DNA of 63,623 bases, filler included, from Octopus bimaculoides (GCF_001194135.2; 5 parts of 5 records of this genome joined end to end with filler, not necessarily neighbours in it); one strand, 5' to 3'; positions 1-12,959 are shown, counted from the first letter of the whole stretch. A program made the numbers and translations. The notes: generated from the letters alone by a model not told the origin.

Positions 1-98
1 AAAAAAAAAAAAAAAAAAAAGAAACCAAACAAGTCTTCCTGAGGTAGTCTATAGGAGAGCTTATTATTGTTATTCTTTTTATTATTTTAATTTTATAG

Positions 99-223
99 AT
101 ATAGCATCGACATCGGTCGAACAGAGTGAAGCAAGATTCAAAGATATAGTTGAACGGAACCAGAACAGTAAAAGAAGAGAACAAATTTTTGATGCCGAAT
201 TTATAACTGCTGATGTTAGCAAG
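99..223 (+). CDS. RNMT: RNMT coding exon (first in window; upstream exons lie outside it)
   Basis: ttttatag acceptor and AAG|gtgag donor. Encodes (D)IASTSVEQSEARFKDIVERNQNSKRREQIFDAEFITADVSK, matching the recalled RNMT segment DIA..SV.Q...R....IF.AEFITAD.SK. Confidence 0.95.
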
Positions 224-842
224 GTGAGAACAAAACCTATGCAGAGTTATTTCGAATTTGTTTATTCCTAGAAAGTATGAAAAATGGCTAATATTTCCTT
301 CAGGCTTTGCTTTTGTTATAATATTTATTGAAATCCCAAAGAATCCCTCTCAACACGTGGTTATGATGCTCCCCTACTACTGCTGCTCATGATCAGAGAC
401 GCACATATTGTCAGGCACTGAGGGACATGCTCAGGTGATTAAGGTGAAGCACAACTGACAAACAAATCTGGTATTGAGCAAAATATTTGCCATAACAATA
501 TTTCTGCTTCAGCAACACAGTACTGAATCTCCCTGGAATGTAATGGAAAATAAGGTCAGTTTCAAAACATTGATGTCTTGTTCACAAAAGCAAAGCTTGA
601 AGAGAACAGTAGTCATTTCCTTTGCTTTCTAAATAGAAAGCAAGTAGGAAATGACATTAACTGACCAAAGATAAACAAAAAAAAAAAAAAAATTTACACA
701 TTGTTACCTTGTTAGATCTTATTGTTATTATCACCATGGCATAAGTGCTCCTCCTGCTAAAATTGCCAGCCCTGTGCCCAAAATTTGAAACAATTATTTC
801 AAGCTGTATTCTAATAATAGCAATGGTTTCTGTTACTTAAAA

Positions 843-1386
<544 letters not shown>

Positions 1387-1662
1387 TAAGTTGTTATTTT
1401 ACACTTCCTCATTTTTCTTTCTATTCTGTGAGCTTATATTTCATCATTGTCATATATATTTAGTCAATAAAACATATATCAGAAAAAAAGTAAGAATAGA
1501 GTAGTAATGATTAAAACAAAGAGTTAATTTCTTGTCATGACAATTCTGCAATGCATCTTCTCATTTTGTTGAGAGGAAAGCAACAAGACGAAGGAAATAT
1601 CTTCATTTATATAGAAAATCAAAAAATAAAATCACAGATGCAAAAAAGAAATGAACACGCAA

Positions 1663-2072
1663 TCATCATCATCATCTTTTAACGTCCGCTTTCCATGCTA
1701 GCATGGGTTGGACGATTTGACTGAGGACTGGTGAACCAGATGGCTACACCAGGCTCCAATCTGATTTGGCAGAGTTTCTACAGCTGGATGCCCTTCCTAA
1801 CGCCAACCACTCTGAGAATGTAGTGGTTACTTTTACGTGCCACCGGCACGAAGGCCAGTCAGGCGGTACTGGCAACGGCTACACTGGCATCGATCTCGTT
1901 CGAATGTCTTTTCACATGCCACTGGCACAAGTACCAGTAAGGCGACGCTGGTAACGATCACACTCAAATGGTGCTATTTACGTGCCACTGGCATGGAAGC
2001 CAGTCAGCTGCTCTGGCAACGATCACGATCGAACGATGCTCTTAGCGCTCCACTGGTACAGGTGCCATCACG
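1663..2072 (-). mobile_element. SINE family B ((GAT)n tail, GGTTGGCGTTAGGAAGGGCATCCAGCTG core)
   Basis: Reverse complement of the element at 11386-11608, 17737-18135 and 46305-46612. Partial copies near 4010-4210, 10440-10600, 44085-44235 and 54205-54390. Confidence 0.85.
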
Positions 2073-2419
2073 ATATATATGAATAATACTAAAACTCTAG
2101 AGATGTTTGTGTGTGTCCAAAATATCTCGGAAATAGTATATTTTATCTTAAGTTTTTTTTTTACATATTTATTTTCGTACTTATCTTTGGCAGAGCAGTA
2201 CAAATTTTAGTGACATTTGGACTTCTATTTAAATGATTAAACACAAGTTTTATTTGTTTTTTCTTGACAAAAAAAAAAACATGACTTCCGTGACGTCAAC
2301 AAACATACAAAATCACATGCACACATATAATGAATGTCAAGGCATGTCAATCAACACAAGCACACACGTCCACTATCTGTGACATACACACACACACACC
2401 CACACTAACGCCAACCATA

Positions 2420-3110
2420 TGACCAGAAACGATAACCACAGCGATAACACTGCCAGATCATTGTGCCATATCGACAATGTCAGCATTGTTGTTAACAGCA
2501 ACATTCCCAGGCCTGGAACCTACCAGAGATACACCAGGAGTACAAATATAGCTGCATCCCAAGTTTGTAAATATATTGGAACAGCCATTACATCTTTCAA
2601 GCGTCACTTCCGCAACCACCAGTCATCCTTCAGAGTCTCAGAAAGACGTTTTGTCATGGTCAGCTGTGTGTGGCACCTCAAAGATCAAGGAAACCCATGT
2701 GATATCAGGTGGAAAATAATAGATCATCCAGGCCCATATATTAATGGGAGTAGCTGTTACAAAATCTGCATTGCGGAGAGAGCCAAAATTCCTAAGGACT
2801 CTGCTAAATTTGGCTTGTTTTCTTTAAACTTGTCCATTTCAAGCGCTACCTACTGGAAAATTGGATCTCCCCGTTTACTGGTTAGGCTATTTCTGTAAGG
2901 ATTGTTTTATCCTCTGGTCCAGGGGAGATAACCCGTCCTCATTAGCGTTTTTATGCATTAGCCGTTAAATCTTTATATCTGAGCGATTCCCCACATCCAC
3001 GTTCTAGAAAGTTTAATTTTTTTGTCTTTGTATAGTCTGACAAACTGTCCCCAAGGCTGTGGGTTTTGTGGATACGAAACCTTTGGTAATTCTATGACTA
3101 GAAATTAACT
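2420..3110 (+). mobile_element. Penelope-like element 3' remnant (GIY-YIG endonuclease fragment plus terminal region)
   Basis: ORF 2419-2898 contains KYIGTAITSFKRHFRNHQSSFR...VWHLKDQG...IRWKII...YINGSSCYKICIAE, typical of the PLE GIY-YIG C-terminus. Confidence 0.75.
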
Positions 3111-3130
3111 TTTGTTTTAATATATATATA

Positions 3131-3707
3131 TATATAATCTATATAAGGGCATTATCATAAAATAAAGCCTCACGCTTAGAGAGACTTAATAAGTCAAAAC
3201 TATTAAAATAAACTCATGTTTACCGATCGCGGGGAATGCAACCTTCAAAGCTAACCTCCTAAAAACTTTTAACTTAACGGCAAACCACTGGTTTCATAAT
3301 GAATACAGCAAAACTATGCAGTAAGCTGCATCTTTTATTCATCAGTGCACGTATGGTCAAGACACATAAAGAATAAACAAAAATCAACATACCCTGATGT
3401 ACCCAACAACAGCAGCATGGCGACTTCTGTTCATCCTTATATATCCGTGAAAGAGGCGGGCTATTCAAGTTACATTTTCGGCAACATGTGCTTTTACAGA
3501 ATAATATTCAGCACTGAATATATTCTAATTATTTATAATATAATATAAGGATAAAATCTTTTTAAGAATTTATCAAGTAGTCAGCGTGAAAAAAAAAACC
3601 ATCATTTTTTTCCATAAATATATATAATATAATCTATATAAGGGCATTATTATAAAATAAAGCCTCACGCTTAGAGGGACTTAATAAGTCAAAACTACCA
3701 AAATAAA
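3131..3707. repeat. ~80-bp direct repeats (3131-3212 and ~3626-3707, offset 495 bp) bounding a hammerhead-containing unit
   Basis: aatctatataagggcattat.ataaaataaagcctcacgcttagag.gacttaataagtcaaaacta..aaaataaa occurs twice. Confidence 0.9.
3278..3351 (-). ncRNA. Putative type I hammerhead ribozyme with intact core
   Basis: Minus strand reads cgtgca-CTGATGA-ataa...ttat-GAAA-ccagtggT-T-tgccg. This gives stem I, a stem II base of 4 A-U pairs, a near-palindromic stem III and a GUU triplet. Confidence 0.6.
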
Positions 3708-4674
3708 TAAATACAAGTAGATATGTGAAGTATTATTAAAGTTAAAAACAGTAATAATGAGGTGGCTAGCAAGACTTCTACCTAAACAGGTATAAAATAT
3801 TTAAAGAAAAGAAGGGTAAAGATACTGCTTGCTAAAAAATTCAAGTGAAAGCTTCAAAAAACCACCAATTCTATGATAAATACACACACGAGCAATGTAA
3901 TGAATATTTTAAAAAATAGGCCTACCTTCAGGATGGAATTTGAATGTAGTCTAATACATACCTCAATATCAATTGATTTCATGCTGTGCATAAGAAAACA
4001 TGCTTTGCAATCCTCAGTAAGGAAGGGCATCCTACGGCTGGATGCCCTTCCTAATGCCAACCACTCCAAGAGTGTAATGGTGCTTTTTACATGCCAGTTA
4101 TGTGACACCAACATTGGCTATGGCTGTGGTTTCACTTGGCTTGACGACGAGTCTTCTCAAGCATGGCACATTGCCAAAGATATCAGTCAGTTGAATGCTT
4201 AGACACATGGGGGCACCTTTTATGTTAAAAAAAAATTCCTTATAATTTTTGAGAAAAAGCAAGCATTCAAAATGGTAGAAATAAAAGATTTTAATGTAAG
4301 CTCTAAAAGAAGAGATATTACAAAAATAGTAATAAATGGCTGTGTGGCTAAGAAGCTAGCTTTGCAACCATATGGTTCCAGGTTCAGTTCCACTGTGTGT
4401 CACCTTGGGCAAACCTCAGGTCACCAATGTTATGTGTGTAAGTTAGGTAGACAAAAACTGTGGAAGCCTGCTGCTTGTGTGTGAGTTTGTGTGTTTGTGT
4501 CTGTTTGTCTCCTATCACCACTTGACAACTGGTATTGGTTTGTTGTAACTGAAGTGTTTGGTAAAAGACACTGGTAGGGTAAGTGCCAGGTTTAAAAAAT
4601 AAGTACTGGGGGTTGATTTGTTCAGCTGAAAACGCTTAAAAGGCACTGCCCCCAGCATGGCTGTAGTCCAGTGA

Positions 4675-4902
<228 letters not shown>

Positions 4903-5094
4903 TAAGTTGAGATTTTACTGTTCTCTTTTACTTGAGTTTCTAGCATAAAAAAAGGAACTCTGAAAATGTATGTTATGGGTAACTACATTGTTGGTACATA
5001 ACTGTATAATTGTTTTGCATATTCTAAAATGTGTGAAGTATGGTTCTGTTTTGTGATCAAAGCTATTCCAACTAAGGATATTTCTTCTATTTAA

Positions 5095-5298
5095 CCCTTT
5101 AGCATTCAGATTATCCTGTCAAATGTAATGCTTATTTATTCACATTGTTTTGAATTAATCCTGTATTATCTCACAGCATTGAGATTTTGATGATGTGATT
5201 GCAGACTTTTTGAATTAGATTGTAAGGTAGGTGTGAAAGGCCAGATTTGGCCAGATAGACTATTTAGGACAGATATGGCCTGTTTAAATGTTAAAGGG
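5095..5298. mobile_element. piggyBac-type MITE
   Basis: TTAA|ccctttagcatt ... aatgttaaaggg|TTAA. Related decayed copies near 8960-9160, 14049-14252 and 16600-16812. Confidence 0.75.
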
Positions 5299-5629
5299 TT
5301 AAATATAATATAAGCTAAAAAAATAATTTAGAGCTAAACAGTAATGCTTTTTCCAGTGTGCCTAATCCATAGCTAAGATTTTTGTCTCAGTTGAATACTG
5401 TTTATTTGCTGTTTTAGTTATCAATGCAGCAAAAATATGAAAACACCATAATAGCCTCAGTTTTCTGAGAAGCACAACTGAGTTCACAAAAGGGGACTTC
5501 CAAGTGAGTCCTCCAACAAGTCTGTTGACTCTGGTAGCGTTAAGTTTTCTATATAACTTCTACTATGTTATCCTCTGAAAATGACTTGTATTCATATATT
5601 ACATTTTACTGTATGATTCTATTTCCTAG

Positions 5630-5747
5630 GTTAGCTGAAAAGTATAACATGAAATTGGTAGAGAAGCAGTCGTTTTCAGATTACTTCGAAAAGCATCATA
5701 AGACAAGTGAAAACCGTATCCTCCTTGGACGTATGCAAGCTTTAGAG
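5630..5747 (+). CDS. RNMT: RNMT coding exon
   Basis: ttcctag acceptor and GAG|gtac donor. Encodes LAEKYNMKLVEKQSFSDYFEKHHKTSENRILLGRMQALE (conserved KYNMKLV and RMQALE). Confidence 0.96.
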
Positions 5748-5844
5748 GTACAAGAGCATTATTTTCATTATTTTATACATACATACATATTTGTACCATA
5801 ATTATCATTGTTTCAACATCCACCTTTCCATGCACTACTTAGAT

Positions 5845-6666
5845 NNNNNNNNNNNNNNNNNNNNNNNNNNNNNNNNNNNNNNNNNNNNNNNNNNNNNNNN
5901 NNNNNNNNNNNNNNNNNNNNNNNNNNNNNNNNNNNNNNNNNNNNNNNNNNNNNNNNNNNNNNNNNNNNNNNNNNNNNNNNNNNNNNNNNNNNNNNNNNNN
6001 NNNNNNNNNNNNNNNNNNNNNNNNNNNNNNNNNNNNNNNNNNNNNNNNNNNNNNNNNNNNNNNNNNNNNNNNNNNNNNNNNNNNNNNNNNNNNNNNNNNN
6101 NNNNNNNNNNNNNNNNNNNNNNNNNNNNNNNNNNNNNNNNNNNNNNNNNNNNNNNNNNNNNNNNNNNNNNNNNNNNNNNNNNNNNNNNNNNNNNNNNNNN
6201 NNNNNNNNNNNNNNNNNNNNNNNNNNNNNNNNNNNNNNNNNNNNNNNNNNNNNNNNNNNNNNNNNNNNNNNNNNNNNNNNNNNNNNNNNNNNNNNNNNNN
6301 NNNNNNNNNNNNNNNNNNNNNNNNNNNNNNNNNNNNNNNNNNNNNNNNNNNNNNNNNNNNNNNNNNNNNNNNNNNNNNNNNNNNNNNNNNNNNNNNNNNN
6401 NNNNNNNNNNNNNNNNNNNNNNNNNNNNNNNNNNNNNNNNNNNNNNNNNNNNNNNNNNNNNNNNNNNNNNNNNNNNNNNNNNNNNNNNNNNNNNNNNNNN
6501 NNNNNNNNNNNNNNNNNNNNNNNNNNNNNNNNNNNNNNNNNNNNNNNNNNNNNNNNNNNNNNNNNNNNNNNNNNNNNNNNNNNNNNNNNNNNNNNNNNNN
6601 NNNNNNNNNNNNNNNNNNNNNNNNNNNNNNNNNNNNNNNNNNNNNNNNNNNNNNNNNNNNNNNNNN
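5845..6666. other. Assembly gap (largest of many N runs)
   Basis: N run. Others near 21501, 23518, 24210, 24534, 29953, 31662, 34635, 39038, 41166 and 59854. Confidence 0.99.
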
Positions 6667-6954
6667 GAAATAAATTCGAATACAAAAATATTTTTCTGTT
6701 CTATAACACAAAATAGATAAGTATACGAAGTTTGAAAGTCTTTCCGTACCAAAAACACTACGTAAAACATTAATGAAAAATGTGGCCCCCGTTTTAAAAA
6801 AGATCCGTGTTTTCTGCTAAAGCCTTGGGTTGACCAAATCCTTGTGAGTGGATTTGGTAGACGGAAACTGAAAGAATCCAGTTGTATGTGTGTGTGTGTG
6901 TGTGTGTATTTATATGTATGTATAGAATGTTAGGTGTAGTGTACAGATATTGAA

Positions 6955-8206
6955 TATTGAGAAAAAGGTCACCAGAATTTTTTAAAAGGATTGATAAAAA
7001 ATAACAACTAATTAATCATTGATGTTTACAACTTCTTCCCAACGTTCAACATGATTTTCAATATCTTGTTGGTAGAAATCATCTGATTTCGACTCAAAAA
7101 TTTGATCCAACCAAGCTCTCAATTCTGCATCAATGTTGAACGAAACTCTATGTATAGCATTTGAAAGAGATCGAAAGAGGTGGAAATCCGTTGGTGCCAA
7201 AATCAGGAGAGTACGGTGGGTGTGGCAGCACTTCCCAGCCATGCGTTTGAATGGCTTCCTTGGTTGTATTGGCGATATGAGGGCGTGCGTTGTTATGCAG
7301 CAGAAGAACTCCATGCTGCCGATTAGGTCTTTTCTCTTGAATAGCCATATTGAGTCGTTCCATCTGTTGAACATAGAGTTCCGTGTTGACCGTTTGGTTC
7401 CATTCAAGCGATTCGTAATGGGTAATCCCATCCCAGTCCCACCATACGCACAACATTGTTTTACGCAGATAAAGATCTTGTTTCGCGTGTGGTGTCGCTT
7501 GTTTACCAGTGCTAAGCCATTCCTTACACTGCTTCATATTGATGTACAGGCACCATTTTTCGTTGCTAGTAACAATTCAGTAAAGAAATCGTTGCTTGTG
7601 TCCATGAGTTGAGCGTTGATGAGCAAGCAAACCAGTGGAGATCGTGGCTTGATGATTTTTGTTGTCACTTAAAGTATGCGGAACCCATGCTCCATACTTC
7701 TGAACCTTTCCCATTGAGATGCTTCTCTATAGCAGTGTGGGAGCATTCCATTTTCTATGCCAGTTCCCTTGTCATTTGACGAGAATTTTCATGCAAAAGT
7801 TGGTTTAATTGCTCTTCATTGAACTGAACTGGACAGCCAGAACGAGGTGCATCTTTGAGGTTAACATTTTCATTTTTTAACTTGGCATACCAATCACAAG
7901 CAGTTCTTTCAGCCATGGCACCCTCTCCATACACAGTACAAATGTCGTGAGCAGCTTTTGCGGCCTTAGAACCTTGATTAAAAGCAAAAAGGAGGTGTCG
8001 AAAATGCTCGTTTTTCTTAACTTGACATTCCATTTTAATGATCTGAAAAAAAAATTAAAATTAACTAAAATTAACTAGAAAGAAAAGCAAAACATATTCC
8101 AAAATAATTCAAAAATAGAATTCTCGAAAAAAATAGATTCCGAAATTCAAAAACGCAATAAATTCCAAAATTTAAAAAAACAGCAGGAGCTTAGTTGGAC
8201 TTACTA
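6955..8206 (-). mobile_element. Decayed mariner transposon (mellifera-like transposase pseudogene) in an RNMT intron
   Basis: Minus-strand fragments: MECQVKKNEHFRHLLFAFNQG...DAPRSGCP, MLCVWWDWDG, LLHNNARPH, and HPPYSPD / LAPTDFHLFRSL split by frameshifts. TIR-like tagtaagtccaactaagctcctgc at about 8182-8206. Confidence 0.92.
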
Positions 8207-8652
8207 CCATATCCACTCACAAAGCTTTGGTCGGTGCAAAGCTATATTAGAAGACACCTGCCCAAGATGCCATGCAGTGGGACTGAACTCTGAACCTTAA
8301 GGCTGGGAAGTAATCATCTTATCGCACAGCCATGCTTTTGCCTATACTTGCGTGTGTATAATATATGTATGTATAATATGTAAATTACGAACATCTTGTA
8401 CCCTCACTGGATGCAACACATTAAACAAACCATTGGAAAGTCAGTTGGTAAAATAAAGAAGTGGTATTGAACTAGTGCATGTGTTTAATTTTTACTGGCA
8501 TAGTGACCCTTCCTGGTTGCAACAAAATTAGTGTGTTGTGAGTAGTTTGCATTTCCATTGATTTGGCTTTGCTTTTTGTTTTTTATTCTTTCTTTTCTCT
8601 CTTATGTGGTTAAATTATTCTAATATATATCACCATGTCAAAATTATTTTAG

Positions 8653-8778
8653 CCATATCCTGCTGAAAATTACGGCAAATTAATTAGTTCCAATGAAGAA
8701 GATTATGCCTTTGCCAAAGAAGAGTTGAATAAGGCCTTACCTAACCAGCAACAATCGAACAGGCGTCCTGTCAAAGTT
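8653..8778 (+). CDS. RNMT: RNMT coding exon (lobe region)
   Basis: ttttag acceptor and GTT|gtaag donor, phase 0. Encodes PYPAENYGKLISSNEEDYAFAKEELNKALPNQQQSNRRPVKV, continuing ALE-PYPA. Confidence 0.93.
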
Positions 8779-9522
8779 GTAAGTTTTCTCTCTCTTTTTT
8801 TAAAAAAAAAAACTTATGTTTGTTTGATTTATCTCTTTTTCGCTAATCTTCCTTTTTTTTTTTGTTTTTGCTGTCTTAACATTTATGTTGCTCAATTTGT
8901 TTCCTGTAACTTCTTGCGAGTTTCTCATTTTCCTTTCCTTTGTCCAAGCCTACCATTTATAAGCATTTGTCAGATTTACTCTGTCAAATGTGACACTTAT
9001 TTATTCACATTGTTTTGAATTAATCATGTATTGTAGCTTCAAGGTTTTCATGGTGTGATTGTTTGTTTTTAGAGTGACATTTTAGGATAGGTGCGAGAGA
9101 CATAAAACAGGTGGAATATTTGAGCTGGATTTGGTTGGTTTAAATGATAAAAGGATTAAAGGGTGTATTGCAGTAATGAGTAAACTGTGACCCATAGGAT
9201 TATCTGAATGGTGCGTGAGTGAAAAATTCCCATGGATCTTTTCCTGAGCTGTTTGGTCATGGTCCATGTCTCACATGGCCTGTTTCTCAGAAAAGATTGT
9301 CTATACCTGATGTTGTCAAGCAAATTGATTTCATTGTTTATTTGTTTTAAAGTCTGGTACTTACTCTGTTGGTCTCTAAGTGGTGAGGATATAAACAAAC
9401 CAACACGGGTTGTCAAATAGCAGTGGAGAACAAACACAATGACAGACGCACATGGTGGACTTCCTTAGAGTTTTCATCAACGAAATACTTTCGCAAAGCT
9501 TTGGTTGGCCTGAGACTCTAAC

Positions 9523-10110
9523 ACAGGGGTTTGAGAACTTTTTTAACCAATTACCCCAAAATATATTTATGTATGTTAGCCCCTTGATTTGAAAAGAAGA
9601 AAATAATAGATTCTTTGAATTCAAAAGGTTTATTGAATCTGTTTATATGGAGAATACGGTTATAAATATAAAAAGTACAAAACAAATGCAATGAAATAAA
9701 TTAATATCCTTATTATGAAACAAAGGGATTTTTCTAGAAACTTTTGGAGAAATGATGTCATTTTATTTTTGTTACAATTACATCAAAATTGGGACATTTT
9801 GATGCCAGAGCAATTTGGATACAGTCCTCGGGATCCAGTCGATTTTTCTGCTCTGTTTTTTTGTTCATTAGAGTGGAAAAGCCTTGTTCGCAAAGGTAAG
9901 CTGTTGCAAAAGGTAGCAACTTTTTGATTGCCCCCTCATGTGCAATTTTGAAAGTCTTTGCAGCAGTTGACATCCAAAAATGTCCCCTAAATATGTCCAT
10001 TACATTGGACAGATGCAGTGTTTCCAGAAGAAAAAAAATTTCTGTCTTAACGAGGAACACATTTTTTATATATAATTTTAGTTACGTCTCATGAGTCCTT
10101 AATACTCCCA
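9523..10110 (-). mobile_element. hAT (Buster/Charlie-like) transposase 3' remnant
   Basis: LLPFATAYLCEQGFSTLMNKKTEQKNRLDPEDCIQIAL is the hAT dimerisation-domain signature (LPF.T.YLCE.GFS). caggggtt TIR-like end near 9524. Confidence 0.8.
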
Positions 10111-10685
10111 AGAATTTTATTTTTGCCTCACTTGGAGCAATTTACCCTGGTTTGCTGATTCCTGCTCTAATAGAAGACATTTACCCATGGTGCTGCATAA
10201 GACTGAACCTGAAACCCCGAGGTTGCAGAGTGAGTTTCTTAACCACATTGCAGTGCCTTCATCACTTCTTAATTTTCCTCTCCCTTTTCCCTTTCTACTC
10301 CTTTCTCATTTTTGCCTTCATTTGTTTCTGTCTTGTCTCTTGCTTTCTGTTCTCTTCTTTTGCTCTTTCCTCTGTTATCACCATCATCATTTAGTGCTGA
10401 CTTTTCCATACTTTCAACCCTCACCTGTGTTGAAAGTAGTACATAGCTTCCCTGTTGAGTGGTTGGCTTTAGGAAGGGCATCCAGCTGTAGAAACCAAGC
10501 CAAAACAAACTTCTGCAGCTCTCCAGTTTATCAGCTCCAGTCAAACTGTCTTACCCATAATAGCATAAAAAATAAAAGCTAAATGTTGATGACGATGAGA
10601 GGTGTTTTTCAGGGAAGATTGGAAACACAAAACACAGCTAATTTGATGGTGACGCTTATTTGCAAGTATCACATGATATCAAGAG

Positions 10686-10724
<39 letters not shown>

Positions 10725-11612
10725 AGGCTTCTTTCAGTTTCCATCGACCAAATCCACTCAAGGCTTAGGTTGACTTGGGGTTAATATAGAGGAGGCTTGC
10801 TTGAGGTGCAAGAGATTTGCCCAAGGTGCTGTGCAGTTGAACTTGAACCCTAGATCTTTGGTTAGGAAGCAAGCTTCTCAACCACACTGTCACACCTATA
10901 TACCTCTTGTTTCTCCTCTCTACTCTAATGCTATTTTTCTGTTCCACCACTGCACTATTGCGATTTCTTTTGACAAAGTATTAATCACTTTTGTTGTGGA
11001 GTGTAAGGGTACATTTGATTGAAATGACCTCAGTACCTTACTAAGAAAAGAAGGAATGTTTAAGTTGACACCAATGGATTTTGAACATCGAAGAAATCAT
11101 AGGATTTAAACAAACTATAAATATCAAATATTGAATCTATGTTTATACTATTTGATCTTAATTCTCTCAGCTCTCTTCTATCACTGAGTTTATGTCTATC
11201 CTCTGGTGAGTAAGCTTATCTCATTCACCTTTAATTTGGTCTATTCGCATGATTTATTGTCAAAAGTTCTTTTACATTTTTATCTCAAGATCATATATAG
11301 AGGCGAAAATAAATCATAATTGTGAATAGCAGTAATTTTCTCATATTTGAGTCAGAACAAGGTGAATTGACAAAAAATTTTCAACGTGGCTGTTGCCAGT
11401 ATCGCCTGACTGGTCTTCGTGCGGGTGACACGTAAAAGCACCTACTACACTCTCGGAGTGGTTGGCGTTAGGAAGGGCATCCAGCTATAGAATTTCTGCC
11501 AAATCAGATTGGAGCCTGGTGTAGCCTTCGGGCTCCACCAGTCCTCAGTCAAATCGTCCAACCCATGCTAGCATGGAAAGCGGACGTTAAACGATGATGA
11601 TGATGATATATA

Positions 11613-11658
<46 letters not shown>

Positions 11659-11660
11659 AA

Positions 11661-11892
11661 ATTATAATTTAGGGTATCTAAGAGATACCACCACGCTGGA
11701 AATAGCAGTCAAAACTTGACTCTAAAACCACAATAAATGTTCATATAGCACCAGGAGAGAAGATAAAGAGATAAAATAAACTAGCAAAATTGTTCTTTGT
11801 CTTCTCTCCTGAACATTTATTGTGTGTTTAGAGTCAAGTTTTGACTGCTATTTCCAGCGTGGTGGTATCTCTTAGATACCCTAATTTATGAT
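11661..11892. repeat. Long near-perfect inverted repeat (foldback)
   Basis: 11669-11726 is the exact reverse complement of 11827-11884 (58 bp). Imperfect pairing extends outward and inward. Confidence 0.95.
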
Positions 11893-12484
11893 CTTAAATA
11901 ATTATTACCTTTGAAGGTTTTTATTACCATGCTGGCCACCTGATAAAATCGGTATTTAAATATCGATCTTATCCTTATGAATTTATGCCAAATACATATA
12001 TGTATTTGGCAATTTTTGTTTTCTATTCTTTTAATTCTTACTGAACTTCTTTTGTGTTTATTGATCCTGTGCATCTTCCATGTACAAAAACCATGTTTTT
12101 TTTTGTTAATCTCTCTATGATTTCACTGCACCTCTTGTGTCCCCATTAGCTTGCACTACCCAGTTTTGGTTCCTAGGGTTAAGGCATTTCATGTTTGGGA
12201 GAGGCATGAGGTTCATTTCATAATCTTGGATGAGGCATGGGGTTCATATTATTTCATTTCCCTCCCTGAAATAACTCTAAATGCTTGTGAGTATCCGGAA
12301 TCAAAAGAGTCTTCTTTTTCAAACGTTTTGATATATAACAACCGAGCTTTTCCTTGTATGTCACATTTGATATTTATGATCTCAGAATATTTAATGACTT
12401 GATGAAATAATGTAATTATAAATATATATATATATATATTTATATATATGAACTAATTTATTCTTCCTGTCTTTTAACTTCCAG

Positions 12485-12518
12485 GGTACTTTGTCAGAAG
12501 CTGAATGGAAAGCTATCA
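12485..12518 (+). CDS. RNMT: RNMT 34-nt coding exon
   Basis: cttccag acceptor and A|gtaag donor. Encodes GTLSEAEWKAI (conserved GTLS..EW). Confidence 0.93.
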
Positions 12519-12959
12519 GTAAGTATTTTGAATTAGCTTCTCTCTATTATTTTTACTTGTTATATTTCCAAAGGAAAAAAATATCCCCTGAGATATTTTA
12601 GTTCATGTACATATCTAGCCATCTTATAACCCCACCCTGCCACCCTCCTGATTTAATGTGGATCCTTTCTTGGTCATTGCTCTGGCACCCCATCACTACC
12701 CTCTTTTCTTCTTTCTAGCTACGCCAACCTGCCCTTGTATAATTTAATGTGGGGTAGCCATGTATCTTCTTCAAAGCAAGACAACAGTGTTTGTCCCTCT
12801 ATCATACTTCAATTTCCCCCTCCCAACAGCTGGTATAAAGCCTCCTCTCCCTCTTCTCATCCTACCCCCTTGTTTTCTTTTTTTTTCCCCTATCTTGCAA
12901 GTTACTTAGTGCTGGATCATTAAATCAATGTTTTAATGATTAGACAGAAGTCCAATAGA

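Noticed and set aside
5791-6770. Long ORFs of 250-340 aa here and at 34253-35343
   Set aside because: They consist of X residues from N gaps.
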